A stretch of DNA of 64,000 nt from Actinomycetota bacterium. Lineage in GTDB: Bacteria; Actinomycetota; Geothermincolia; Geothermincolales; RBG-13-55-18. The first letter of the stretch is position 1. The number at the start of each line of letters is the position of its first letter. A program made the translations under genes and the position numbers. This document shows, in pieces, positions 12,193-22,400 of the stretch. The DNA lies in the NCBI GenBank assembly GCA_013178005.1, contig JABLXL010000002.1:15220-79219 (forward strand), written 5' to 3'. The notes under the pieces were generated by a model. The model had not been told where the DNA came from. It searched no databases and saw only the letters and a program-made list of their open reading frames with translations.

Positions 12193-12470
12193 GCTTGTCG
12201 CTGGCCGTAAGGATTTGAGGCATCGGAGCTGCGGCTCGTGCGGGTGCGGGGTATTATTGAAGCTCGCACTATGGAAAAACCCGCGTGGTCGAACATATTG
12301 CTTTATGGCTTGGAAGGAAAACCGTTGAAGCGTCTCCGATAATCACTAAATGTTGCAGAAAGAGGCGACGCCGCCCGCCGGCGATCCCGTTGCGCCTCAA
12401 GGGTTTGTCCCCGGCTTGTCGAAGAAAAAGGGAGCCGGGTAGAGGGGCGTTGACGGAGGTGTTCACCGGC

Positions 12471-14783
12471 GTGATGTTTGGCGACAAAGGAAAGAGGGCG
12501 TCGAGCGGTGGCGGGTACGTCCGGATACCGCCTGGCGAGCCGAGGCCCGGCGGGCACGGTCCGGCGGCCCGCGCCGGGGGAAGGGCAGGCGGGGGAGCGG
12601 GGGCAACGGCGGCGCGCGCAGCCCTAGCCACTGTCATAATCTGCCTGTCACTATCCTTTGTTATCCCCTCATTACCGGTGGTGCGCAGGGCATTCGCCGG
12701 GACTCTCTCGGGGTGGAAGTTCTGCGTGGACCCGGGCCACGGCGGGAGCGAGACGGGGGCCGTGGGGCCCACGGGCCTTATGGAAAAGGACGTGAACCTG
12801 AGGGTGGCCCTGTACCTCAAGGACCTCCTGGAGGCGGAGGGCGCCGAGGTGCTCATGACCCGTTACGACGACGCCGCGGTGAGCATCACCCAGCGCTGGC
12901 AGATGGCCAACGCCTGGGGGGCCCACCGCTTCATCAGCATCCACCACAACGCGGAGAGCGACCGCGCCATCAACTATACCGTCACCCTGGTCTCGGTCAA
13001 CGCCAGCCAGGAGTCCATGGAGCTCGCCAACGCGGTGCAGGCGGAACTGGTGGGGGAGTTCGGCCTCGGCAACTCGGGAGTGTGGAAAGTCAATTACTGC
13101 GGAGTGCTGAACAACACGGTCATGCCTGCCATCCTGACCGAGGCGTCTTTCATCTCCAATCCCGAACAGGAGCAGCGCCTGCGCGACGAATCCTACCTGC
13201 AGCGCGAGGCCGCGGCCATTCTGCGCGGCATCCACATGCCCTCGAGCATCAGCTTCGCCCTCCCCCAGGCGAACCGGGTGAGCGAGGGGGTCGTGGACGT
13301 GGAGGTGCAGCTCCTGGGCGAGGACGCGCTGGAGCGCCTCGACCTCGAGCTGGACGGGAAACCGCTGGCCAGCAGATCCTCCAAGCCCTACCGTTTCCAG
13401 GTCGACAGCTCCGCGCTCGGAGACGGCACCTACTCCCTGCGCGCCGTGGCGCATTACGGGAACGGGAGCACCGCTTCCGCCGCCCGCGACCTCATCGTGG
13501 CCAACGCCGCCCGGCACTGGTACTTCGCCGAGGGGACCACGCGCGAGGGGTTCGAGGAATGGCTCACGGTCCTCAACCCCAACCCCGAACCCGTGACCTT
13601 CAAGGTGACCTACGCCTTCGGCGGGGACGGGGCGACGGAGCGCTCCTACCAGGTGGCGGAGGAGAGCAGGCTGAGCATCGAGGTCGCCGGAGAGGTCGGG
13701 AAGGGGCGGGACGTGAGCGTCATCGTGGACTCGCCGCTTCCCTTGATGGTGGAGAGGCCCATGTACTTCCTCTACCAGGGGCGCTGGGCGGGCGGCCACG
13801 TCTCCGCCGGGACCAACGCCCCCTCCACCGAGTGGTACTTCGCCGAGGGGTACACGGGCGAGGGCTTCGAGGAGTGGCTGTGCCTCCTCAACCCGGGAGA
13901 CGAGCGGGCGGAGGTGACCATCGAATACGTTTCCCAGGGAGGCCTGCTGAAACAGGAGCGGAGGACGCTGCACCCCAAGCAGCGCGACACCGTTTTCGTC
14001 AACCAGGCGGCGGGGCCGGGGCGGGAAGTGTCCCTGCGCGTCATCTCGGACAAGGCGGTGGTGGCCGAACGCCCCATGTACTTCCTCTACCACGGCCTCT
14101 GGGCGGGAGGACACGTCTCCGCCGGGACCAACGCCCCCTCCACCGAGTGGTACTTCGCCGAGGGTTACACGGGCGAGGGCTTCGAGGAATGGCTCTGCCT
14201 GTACAACCCCAATCCTGAGCCGAACCTGGTGAGCATCTCCTACCAGACACAGGACGGCGCCGTCATCGGGGACCAGGAGCTCGTTCCCCCATACTCGCGC
14301 CGCACCGTGGACGTGAACCTGCGCGCCGGCCGCAACCTCCAGCTGTCCATCGCGGCGAAGGGGGAGAGGCCGCTGGTGGCGGAGCGCGCGATATACCACG
14401 ACTACCACGACTGGTGCGAGGGCGGCGACGTGGGCAAGGGCGTGACCGCCCCCTCCCGGCACTGGTACTTCGCCGAGGGCTGCACCGGGGACGGCTTCGA
14501 GGAATGGCTCTGCATGCAGAACCCTGGCGAATCTCCCGTGGAGGCCGAGATCAGGCTGCACCACGAGAGCGGCGAGGTGCTTGCCGAAAACATCACCCTG
14601 CAGCCCCACGGGCGCACCACCGTCTTCATCAATTCCATGAGCCCCTACCAGGAGGGGGTCGCCTTGTCCGTGCATGCCGACGGCGACATCGTGGCCGAGC
14701 GCCCGCTTTACTTCCGCTACCGGGGCGCCTGGGCGGGTGGGCATGTCTCGGCGGGGTTCTATCCCGGGATGGGCTTCCGGTAG
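12471..14783 (+). CDS. N-acetylmuramoyl-L-alanine amidase (Amidase_3) with an Ig-like domain and four WYFAEG (DUF5719-type) repeats
   Basis: DPGHGG, EKDVNL, FISIHHNA and ILTEASF motifs; four WYFAEG.T..GFEEWL repeats. Start uncertain. Confidence 0.85.
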   Translation: MMFGDKGKRASSGGGYVRIPPGEPRPGGHGPAARAGGRAGGGAGATAARAALATVIICLSLSFVIPSLPVVRRAFAGTLSGWKFCVDPGHGGSETGAVGPTGLMEKDVNLRVALYLKDLLEAEGAEVLMTRYDDAAVSITQRWQMANAWGAHRFISIHHNAESDRAINYTVTLVSVNASQESMELANAVQAELVGEFGLGNSGVWKVNYCGVLNNTVMPAILTEASFISNPEQEQRLRDESYLQREAAAILRGIHMPSSISFALPQANRVSEGVVDVEVQLLGEDALERLDLELDGKPLASRSSKPYRFQVDSSALGDGTYSLRAVAHYGNGSTASAARDLIVANAARHWYFAEGTTREGFEEWLTVLNPNPEPVTFKVTYAFGGDGATERSYQVAEESRLSIEVAGEVGKGRDVSVIVDSPLPLMVERPMYFLYQGRWAGGHVSAGTNAPSTEWYFAEGYTGEGFEEWLCLLNPGDERAEVTIEYVSQGGLLKQERRTLHPKQRDTVFVNQAAGPGREVSLRVISDKAVVAERPMYFLYHGLWAGGHVSAGTNAPSTEWYFAEGYTGEGFEEWLCLYNPNPEPNLVSISYQTQDGAVIGDQELVPPYSRRTVDVNLRAGRNLQLSIAAKGERPLVAERAIYHDYHDWCEGGDVGKGVTAPSRHWYFAEGCTGDGFEEWLCMQNPGESPVEAEIRLHHESGEVLAENITLQPHGRTTVFINSMSPYQEGVALSVHADGDIVAERPLYFRYRGAWAGGHVSAGFYPGMGFR

Positions 14784-15067
14784 GGACGGACCAGGTTCCG
14801 AGGATGGGCACGGAAAGGGAGTCAGTGCGGATGGCCTGCGAAACGAAGCCCTGGAACCGGGGATTTCCGGCATCGGGACGGGAACCGGCCGCCGGGCGGG
14901 GCGTATCGCCCCTTGGGGCCGGTGGAGGGCGTAACCCGCGCCGGTTCGGAGGCGATGTTACAATGGGGACAACGGGCGAGGCGAAGGATTAGTTCGTGGA
15001 GGGGTAGAATAAACCAGAGGGAAGGGAGTTTTTCCGGGCACGGTTGGCATGGTTAAAGGAGGTTGCA

Positions 15068-16252
15068 ATGAAGGGATTGGCCAGCAAGATACTCATCGCG
15101 CTGGGCATCGTTCTCATCCTGGCGGCCATACTGTGGTGGGCCATCGCCGTCAACTCGCTGGTGAAGATCCCCGATGATTTGGATTCTACCAGCAAGTACG
15201 AGGGGGAGATGACCTACTACGTCAATCCAACCACCCACGAGCCGCTGCCGGAGGGCGAGGAGATGAAGTTGCCTATGAAGGTGGAGCGCAGGGTGTCCTC
15301 GGTGGCGGATGAATACGATTCGTCCACCGCGGTTCTCAAGGAGGAGGTAACGGTGGAGGTGGGGGGCCTGAAGAACCCCCCCGGCGGCCTGGAGTCCATA
15401 TACGTGCTCGACCGCAAGGGCTCGGAGAACCTCAACGACGAGCGCGCCTACGATTTCAAGGCCGGCAACCGCGTCAACCGCGAGGGGAGCTACTACCCAC
15501 TCCTTCCCTTTGATACCTCCAAGGACGAGGCATACAAGATATGGAAAGGGGAGATCGGGGAAGCGTCGGATTCCGAGTTCATCGAGGAAGTGGAGTCTTT
15601 CGGCGTCACCGTTTACAACTTCAAGGGCAGCGCCACCCTGGAGGACAAGAAGGAGGTCGTGCCGGCTTATATCGAGTTGAACGGCTTGCCGTCCGAGGTG
15701 ACCTTCGAGGAACTGAAGCCCCGGTTGCAGGCCCTGGGGGTGGACGTGGACGGGCTGCTCGCCCTGGCCCAACAGCGCCTCTCGGCCGAGGACCTGCAGA
15801 GCCTCAACGCCGCCCTTCAGGAGAAGATACCCATTAAATACTACTGGACCTACGACATAGAGACCTCCGTGGAGCCCAAGACCGGCGCGCCGGTCAACCT
15901 CTACAAGGACGTCGAGGCCATGTACATGGAGGTGGACACCTCGAAGCTGATGGGGGTATTCACCATCCTCGCCAAGTACTCCAGCGACCCCGTGCTGGGT
16001 CCGGTCCTCACGCAGCTCATGTCGCTCCAGGGCCAGTTGGGGGAGGCGAAGCCGCAGAAGGTCCTGGAGTACAGTATTGCCCAGACAGAGGAGACGGTGA
16101 AATCGGCTATCGATGATTCCAAGGACGCCGCCTCGAAGATCAACCTGGTCAAGGTCTACATACCCTGGGCATTGCTCATAGTGGGCGCCCTGCTCCTCAT
16201 CATCGGCTTGCTTATGGGGGGCGGCGAGGTCCCGGAACCCGCGGGGGAATGA
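15068..16252 (+). CDS. DUF3068 / PorA-like membrane-anchored protein
   Basis: N-terminal and C-terminal TM helices; KIPDDLD, PFDTSKD and VEPKTG motifs; AAGGAGG RBS. Confidence 0.65.
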   Translation: MKGLASKILIALGIVLILAAILWWAIAVNSLVKIPDDLDSTSKYEGEMTYYVNPTTHEPLPEGEEMKLPMKVERRVSSVADEYDSSTAVLKEEVTVEVGGLKNPPGGLESIYVLDRKGSENLNDERAYDFKAGNRVNREGSYYPLLPFDTSKDEAYKIWKGEIGEASDSEFIEEVESFGVTVYNFKGSATLEDKKEVVPAYIELNGLPSEVTFEELKPRLQALGVDVDGLLALAQQRLSAEDLQSLNAALQEKIPIKYYWTYDIETSVEPKTGAPVNLYKDVEAMYMEVDTSKLMGVFTILAKYSSDPVLGPVLTQLMSLQGQLGEAKPQKVLEYSIAQTEETVKSAIDDSKDAASKINLVKVYIPWALLIVGALLLIIGLLMGGGEVPEPAGE

Positions 16253-16354
16253 GCCCGGATTCGCCGGGAAAGCGCTCACGGCAAGGACTGCGACGCGGGG
16301 ACTCCGAAAGGGGTCCCCGTGTTGGTTGGCGTCATGGCGGGGAGGCGGGGATCG

Positions 16355-16723
16355 GTGGATAATGGTACCCGGCCCGGACCGGGGAACAGCCCGGAAGAGG
16401 AGCGTCGCTGCCCGCTGTGCAACGGCGTCCTGCGCCCCTCTACGGAGCGCGGCCGCTACGAGTGCATGCGTTGCAGGTCCGAGGCGCGATTTCGCGACCA
16501 GGAGCTCCTCGCCATGCGCATCCCGGGATATGAGCTGCGGCTTGAGGAGTTGAGCAGGCGCAACCATGAACTGCTGGCGCTTATCGAGGAAGAGGGTTCC
16601 CGGGGGGCGGCGCGCGACATGAGGAGATTGAGGTCCATGCACGAGGAAAGGCAGAGGGTGCTCTCGGAGTATTCTTTCTTTTGCTATTTCCGCCAGTTCG
16701 TGGAGAGGTGGGAGGAACGTTGA
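16355..16723 (+). CDS. Hypothetical protein with a zinc ribbon and coiled coil
   Basis: CPLCNG...YECMRC followed by a helical charged region. Start uncertain. Confidence 0.6.
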   Translation: MDNGTRPGPGNSPEEERRCPLCNGVLRPSTERGRYECMRCRSEARFRDQELLAMRIPGYELRLEELSRRNHELLALIEEEGSRGAARDMRRLRSMHEERQRVLSEYSFFCYFRQFVERWEER

Positions 16724-16930
16724 GGCCCCGGGAAGCGTCACAGCATTTGAACGAGCGGGGCGATTTCCGCTATCGCGGAGGAACAAGACGGAGGCGGCGA
16801 CCTGTCCGGCACGAAAAGCCCGGAAGGAGGGGGCAGCCTTGGAGGGCGTAGTTGGCGCCGGACGCGTCGCTTTCCGCCGCGGTTGCACGATGAAGGAAAA
16901 GTGAAGGTTTCGCGGAGGTAGTAAGAGCGC

Positions 16931-18139
16931 ATGGCAAGGCGTAGGTTGAGCAACTGGGAGAAGGCCAAATCCTTCCTGCTGCCGAAGAGGGGCCTGATGC
17001 GCTGGGCGCTCATCGTTTTGGGATGTGTGCTCGGCCTGATGGTCCTCGCTTCGTCCATCATGGTTTACGCGGACGCCCGTCACCGGGGGGAGATGTTCCC
17101 CAACACCACCGTCCTGGGCGTCGACGTCACCGGGATGACCCGGGAGGAGGCGGTTGAGGCGGTGACCGAACAGGCGGTAAAGCCCCTTATGATGCCCCTC
17201 ACCCTGCAATTTCGAGGCGAGCAGTGGGTTCTGGATCCCAAGGAGCTGGGGGTTGACGTTGACGTGGAGGGCCTGGTGCAGCGCGCATACGACGAGGGAT
17301 GGAACAGGTCGCCTTTCGAGCGCGCGTTCAGGCGTGCGTTCAACCGGCCCAAGGAGATAAGAGTAAGCCTGGATTATTACATGGACAACGAGGCCCTCAA
17401 GGCGAAGCTCAACGCCGTGGCGGCGGACATCGACCAGGAGGTCAGGAACGCCTCACTGGATTTCGATTTCCAGACCGGCAAGCTCACCTTCCACCCCTCC
17501 CGGGACGGCCTGTGGATGGACGTGGACGCCACCATGGGGCTGGTACAGGAGGCGCTCTGCGGCGAGAACCGCGTCATCGAGCCGGTGGTGGCGGTGACCC
17601 CGCCCTCACTCTCCAGTGACGACGTTAAGACGGTGCTGGTGGTGGATGTCATGGGCAATACCCTGAGCTGGTACGATAAGGACACCCTGGTGAAGACCTA
17701 TTACGTGGCCACGGGCGAGCCCAAGTACCCCACTCCCCTGGGAAAGTTTTACATCATCCGCAAGGAGGAAAATCCGGTTTGGATCAACCCCAACGTGGAA
17801 TGGTCCAAGGACATGCCCCCGCGCATCGAGCCCGGTCCGGATAACCCACTGGGCGTGCGAGCCCTGGTGACCAGCGCGGCGGGAGGCACGGTGCTCATCC
17901 ACGGCACCAAGAACCTGGTGCCGGGGCTTTATTCGCACGGGTGTATACGCATGGCGAACTGGGCCATCCTGGAGTTGTTCGATCACGTGAACGTGGGCAC
18001 TCCCCTCTTCATCTGGACCTCCAAGCCGGTGCCGCCCCCGCCACCGGAGGAAGGCGCGCCGGTGGGACCCGAGGACCCGGGTCTGGGCACGGGCGGCGAG
18101 ACGCAGGGCGAACAGACCCAGAACGGCGGCAACCAGTAG
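16931..18139 (+). CDS. L,D-transpeptidase (YkuD) with a PG_binding_4-type domain
   Basis: N-terminal TM; VATG...PTPLG, PGPDNPLG and LIHGT...SHGCIRM catalytic motif. Confidence 0.9.
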   Translation: MARRRLSNWEKAKSFLLPKRGLMRWALIVLGCVLGLMVLASSIMVYADARHRGEMFPNTTVLGVDVTGMTREEAVEAVTEQAVKPLMMPLTLQFRGEQWVLDPKELGVDVDVEGLVQRAYDEGWNRSPFERAFRRAFNRPKEIRVSLDYYMDNEALKAKLNAVAADIDQEVRNASLDFDFQTGKLTFHPSRDGLWMDVDATMGLVQEALCGENRVIEPVVAVTPPSLSSDDVKTVLVVDVMGNTLSWYDKDTLVKTYYVATGEPKYPTPLGKFYIIRKEENPVWINPNVEWSKDMPPRIEPGPDNPLGVRALVTSAAGGTVLIHGTKNLVPGLYSHGCIRMANWAILELFDHVNVGTPLFIWTSKPVPPPPPEEGAPVGPEDPGLGTGGETQGEQTQNGGNQ

Positions 18140-18488
18140 CGCCTTTCGCCGGGGCGCGCGGGGACCGGCGCCCCGTGTCTCGCCGAGCCGGGCGGGGGGA
18201 GCGCGTCGCCGTCCGTCGAGGACGCGGGGTCATCGCGTCAGCGTCGTGGAAGAGAAGCCGCGCGGTACCGCGGGTGATTTTTCGCACGGTCTTCGTTTAA
18301 TATGGTTGGCAAAATAAGGCAATGCTTGAGAAGCGTTTCCCCCCTGCATTGCCGCGATTTCCCCATGCCCATCATTGCATTCAACATGCAGCCATGTTCA
18401 CATTCGAGGACGCGCACCGCAGGCCTTTCGGCTCCGCCGGAAAGGCGAGGATTTAACGGCGGGAAAGAGGCCTCGCCCCGCCGGCCTG

Positions 18489-18704
18489 TCAGTCCTCCTC
18501 GTGGTACTTGAAGGAGATCTTCACCCGCGCGCGGTAAGCGGTCACCTTGCCGTCCTCCACCCGCATGTCCAGCTCGGCGATCTCGGCGATGCGCAGGTCG
18601 GTGAGGCTTTTTGCCGCCGTCTCCACGGCTTTGCGGGCCGCGTCCTCCCAGGACTCCGTGCTTGTGCCCACCACCTCGATGATCTTGTAGACGCTTTCGC
18701 TCAT
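18489..18704 (-). CDS. Dodecin family protein
   Basis: MSESVYKIIEVVGTSTESWEDAA...YRARVKISFKY, 71 aa. Confidence 0.92.
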   Translation of the reverse strand: MSESVYKIIEVVGTSTESWEDAARKAVETAAKSLTDLRIAEIAELDMRVEDGKVTAYRARVKISFKYHEED

Positions 18705-18848
18705 CTCTCCCCCTTTCCTCTTGAAGAGCATTCCCTGCAGACAGTCTTTCCACCTCGGCAAGCGCTCAAACGTCGCCGGCGCTGGATTGCCGGCGCCTCC
18801 GGGGGGAAAATATTCACGGGACTCGAGTTAGGACAAGGGGAGGTTTCC

Positions 18849-19820
18849 ATGAGGGCGGCGGTTATCGGAGCGGGAGCGATGGGCAGCCTGGCGGCGTTTC
18901 TCTTGCACTCCGCCGGGGTCGAGGTGGTGCTCTACGAGAGCCGGGAGGAACGCCGGTCGCTGTTGCGTGAGCGGGGTATAGTGCTGAGAGGCGCTATCGA
19001 GGGCGGTTTCGCGCCGGAGGTGGGAGAAGCCGGCAAGGCGGAGGCGCCCTTTGACCTCATGGTCCTGGCGGTGGATGCCGGGCAAACAGGCGGGGCGTTA
19101 CGGCCGCTGAGCCCCTTCGTGCACCGCGACACCGCTTACCTCTCCCTGCAGGATGGGTTCGCTGCCGCGGAGCTGGCCTCGCTGGTGGGGGCGGAGAGGA
19201 CCCTCGTCGCCCTCGCCTGGATCTCGGCGGAGGAGCTGCCCTCGGGCGAGGTGGAGGTGGAGGGGATAAGGGCCTTGAAGCTCGGCTGCCTCGCGGAGGA
19301 AGAGGGGGGATGGCTCGAGGAGCTCTCGGCTGCCCTGGGTCGCACGTGCCCGTGCGGGGTGGAGGCGGTGCCGGACGTCGATGCCGGCACCTGGTCGCGA
19401 CTGCAGGGCGCGGCGGCGGTGAGCGGGGTCTGCGCCGTAGCCGGCATGGCTCCGCTGGAGGCGCGGGCGGACGGCCGCCTGGACGTGCTTTGTCGGGAAG
19501 CGGCCGAGGAGTGTCGCAGGTCGGCGGCCGCGGTCGGGGTGGAGCTGCCGGTGCAGGAGTCCCCATGGGACGAGGCGGTCTGGGGGGCATTGAGGCCGCC
19601 CATGCTTAAAAGAGTGGAAGCGGGGGAGGCCACGGAGGTCGCCTGGATGAGCGGCCGTATCGTGGAAAAAGCGCGAAGCACGGGGCTTCCCGTGCCCGTG
19701 CACGGAGCCATATTCACCCTGGTGAGGGAGATCGAAGGGGGAAGGCACCGCCCTGGCGAGGCGGCGGCAAGGGAGCTTGAGAGGCGCGCGGAGGAAGACA
19801 GGGGCATGTCATTGCAATGA
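18849..19820 (+). CDS. Ketopantoate-reductase (PanE/ApbA)-like protein with degenerate catalytic residues
   Basis: VIGAGAMG Rossmann motif and PanE C-terminal fold (TEVAWMSG...VPV). Has LQDG and WSRL where PanE has LQNG and W.KL. Confidence 0.75.
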   Translation: MRAAVIGAGAMGSLAAFLLHSAGVEVVLYESREERRSLLRERGIVLRGAIEGGFAPEVGEAGKAEAPFDLMVLAVDAGQTGGALRPLSPFVHRDTAYLSLQDGFAAAELASLVGAERTLVALAWISAEELPSGEVEVEGIRALKLGCLAEEEGGWLEELSAALGRTCPCGVEAVPDVDAGTWSRLQGAAAVSGVCAVAGMAPLEARADGRLDVLCREAAEECRRSAAAVGVELPVQESPWDEAVWGALRPPMLKRVEAGEATEVAWMSGRIVEKARSTGLPVPVHGAIFTLVREIEGGRHRPGEAAARELERRAEEDRGMSLQ

Positions 19821-20013
19821 GCTTGCTCCCGGGCGCGAGAGGGCGTGCGGTAACGCCGGCCCTGGAAGGGAGAGGAAGCGGGATGGATCGGGGCAATCGT
19901 GAAGCTTCACCCTGGTGAGGGAGATCGAAGGGGGAAGGCACCGCCCCGGCGAGGCGGCGGCAAGGGAGCTTGAGAGGCGCGCGGAGGAAGACAGGGGCAT
20001 GTCATTGCAGTGA
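19713..20013 (+). repeat. 108-bp direct duplication of the 3' end of the panE-like gene
   Basis: 19713-19820 versus 19906-20013, two mismatches seen; 85-bp unique spacer. Confidence 0.92.
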
Positions 20014-20115
20014 GTCCCTCGCTGGGCGCGCGAATATCCGGCCGAATGGACGGCACTGGACGTGAGCGGGAGCGATGCGGTCGAGGAGCGGGGACGTGGT
20101 GGCGATCGAGAGGCC

Positions 20116-21636
20116 TCAACGCCTTGGCAGGAGGTCGCGCAGAGCCCGGCGCGAGGGTTTGCCCAGTAGGGTGCGTGGCATCTCCTTCAGGAAGGTCACG
20201 CGGTGCGGGCACTTGTAGTAAACAAGGAAACCGCGTGCGTATTCGATGAGCTCGCGCTCGGTGGCCTCCCGGCCCGGAACGGTCACCACGAAAGCGTGCA
20301 CCACCTCCCCCCGTATGGGGTCCGGTTCTCCCACCACTGCCGCCTCCGCCACCGCCGGGTGCCTCTCCAGGATCCGCTCCACCTCCGAGGGGTAGAGGTT
20401 AAAGCCGCCGCTGATGATGAGGTCTTTCTTGCGCTCGACGATGTACAGGTACCCGTCCTCGTCCAGGTAGCCGATATCGCCGGTGTGCAGCCACCCGCCA
20501 CGTAGGGCTCTTTCGCTCTCCTCCTCGTCGCGCAGGTATCCCTTCATCACGTTGGGACCGCGCACGGTGATCTCGCCCGGGCTTCCCGGGGGTAGCTCGT
20601 GCTCGAACTCATCCCTTATCGACACCTCTACGCCTTCCAAGGGCAAGCCCACCGACCCCGCCTTGAAGGGTATGAAGGGGGTCTGGCAGCTCACCACGGG
20701 AGAGGCCTCGGTGAGTCCGTAGCCCTCGTAGAGGTATACGCCGAATTTGTCGTGGAACGCCCTGAGCACCTCTAGGGGAAGGGGGGCGGCCCCGCTCTGC
20801 AACCGCAACCAGCTTTTAGTGTTGTAGTTCGGGGCGTGGGGATGGTTCAGGAGCTGTATGAACATCGCCGGAACGCCCGGCATGGTGCGCACGTGGAACC
20901 TTTCCGTGTAAGCGAGGACCTTTTCGGCGTCGAACCAGGGCAGAAGCACGCTCCTCATGCCGCACAGAGCGGGGAGCAGGGAGGTGGTGAGCCCGAAAGA
21001 ATGGGACAGGGGCAGGGCGGAGAGCGCCGTCTCATCCCTGGATATGCGATTGGAGGCGGCGATGGCGCGCACGTTGCTTCCGATGTTGCCGTGGGTGAGC
21101 AGCACCCCCTTGGGCTTGCCGGTGGTGCCCGCGGTATAGAGGAGTGCCGCGATATCCTCGTCGCTCAATGCCGGGCGGTTCTCGATGGCCTCCGGCTGGT
21201 CCGAGATCAACTCCTCGAGGGAAAGCGTCCCCGCCTCCCTCTCCTTCGATACCAGGATCACGCGTCCATGCGAGTAGTGCGCGGGGGAGGCGAGCTTGAT
21301 CTTGGCGAGAAGGCCCGGGGTGGTTACCAGGTAGGAGGCTCCGGAGTGCTCCACCATCCACGATAGCTCCTCGGCGCTGATGAGGAACATGGTGGGACAG
21401 AGGACGATGCCCATTCTCGCGCAGGCGGTGACGAGGGTGAAGAAATCGGGGCTGTTTTCCATGTGCGCGAGCAGCACGTCCCCCGGCGCCATTCCCAGCT
21501 CGCGGAGGGCGTTGGCGATACGGCAGGACCTGCGGTCGAGCTCCAGATTAGTGTAGGAGCGTTCCTCGTAGAAGAGGATGTCGAACTCCGGGAAGGCGCG
21601 CACGGCGTTATCGAGGATATCCGTGAGCACGCTCAT
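20116..21636 (-). CDS. Long-chain fatty acid--CoA ligase (AMP-binding enzyme)
   Basis: YTAGTTGKPKG, EGYGLTE, WLHTGD, KDLIISGG and LGK motifs. Confidence 0.9.
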   Translation of the reverse strand: MSVLTDILDNAVRAFPEFDILFYEERSYTNLELDRRSCRIANALRELGMAPGDVLLAHMENSPDFFTLVTACARMGIVLCPTMFLISAEELSWMVEHSGASYLVTTPGLLAKIKLASPAHYSHGRVILVSKEREAGTLSLEELISDQPEAIENRPALSDEDIAALLYTAGTTGKPKGVLLTHGNIGSNVRAIAASNRISRDETALSALPLSHSFGLTTSLLPALCGMRSVLLPWFDAEKVLAYTERFHVRTMPGVPAMFIQLLNHPHAPNYNTKSWLRLQSGAAPLPLEVLRAFHDKFGVYLYEGYGLTEASPVVSCQTPFIPFKAGSVGLPLEGVEVSIRDEFEHELPPGSPGEITVRGPNVMKGYLRDEEESERALRGGWLHTGDIGYLDEDGYLYIVERKKDLIISGGFNLYPSEVERILERHPAVAEAAVVGEPDPIRGEVVHAFVVTVPGREATERELIEYARGFLVYYKCPHRVTFLKEMPRTLLGKPSRRALRDLLPRR

Positions 21637-21932
21637 TCTCCCGATCCCCCTTCACCTCGTGCCGGCTATGGGTGCGGCTGAATTGATCGCCCACACCGGC
21701 GTTCGGTTCGGCCGCCTCGGCCGTCCGGCGATACGGTTTTCATGATCGCCGGCCCGCATGGCGCCCATCCCCCTCGGCCTTCTGCATTGCCTCGACGATC
21801 ACTCGGGCAAATACGTCCCAGCCAGGCGGTGAGCTTCTTTCGCTCCTCCCGGCGACACGGAAAAAGACATGTTTTCCACGCTGCAAATGTCCTGCTTTCC
21901 CTGAACGAAAACCATTCTACCACCGCCGTGAG

Positions 21933-22267
21933 GCTTCGTGGGCGCCCAACCCCTTTCCGGCCCCCGGCGTTTCCCCGCCTCGGGAGCCCGCGTGGTCCCT
22001 TTCCGGCCGGTCGTGGACGATATAATGGTTCGACTGGTGAGGACGAGGATAACAAGGATATATGGAATCCACTCCCGCCCTGCTTCGTGGGCGCGATACC
22101 CCTTTCCGGATCTTGCTCTCGGGGGCTCGCATGATCCCTTTCCGGGCGGGCCTTCGTCGCTCGCGGACGGCTGCCCCCATAGGTTCGGGGTTCAGGTATT
22201 CCTACCTTATACCGTGGACTTCCATCAACTCGTCGCTCGCGGATGGCTGCCCTCATTGGTTCGGGAG
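21933..22267. repeat. Cluster of degenerate short direct repeats in a divergent intergenic region
   Basis: GCTTCGTGGGCGC...CCCTTTCCGG twice (21933, 22082); CCCTTTCCGG four times; TCGTCGCTCGCGGAYGGCTGCCCYCATWGGTTCGGG twice (22154, 22230). Confidence 0.7.
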
Positions 22268-22400
22268 TCGAGATGCCGGGAACAACCGATTCCCCGTGGG
22301 TTGTCGCGCAGCCGGAAGGAAGGTAACCTGATGGAGGCGAAGGTATTATCATATGATAGAGGGCGGTTAAACCGGTCTTATTCTTGTCGGGAGGAAGGAA

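Noticed and set aside
12288..12303. LexA box
   Set aside because: Only the CGAAC half is present; GTTCG is missing.
19713..20013. Diversity-generating retroelement VR/TR pair
   Set aside because: There are only two mismatches, both synonymous and not adenine-specific on one template, and no reverse transcriptase is in the window. The other duplicates are identical or differ by an indel.
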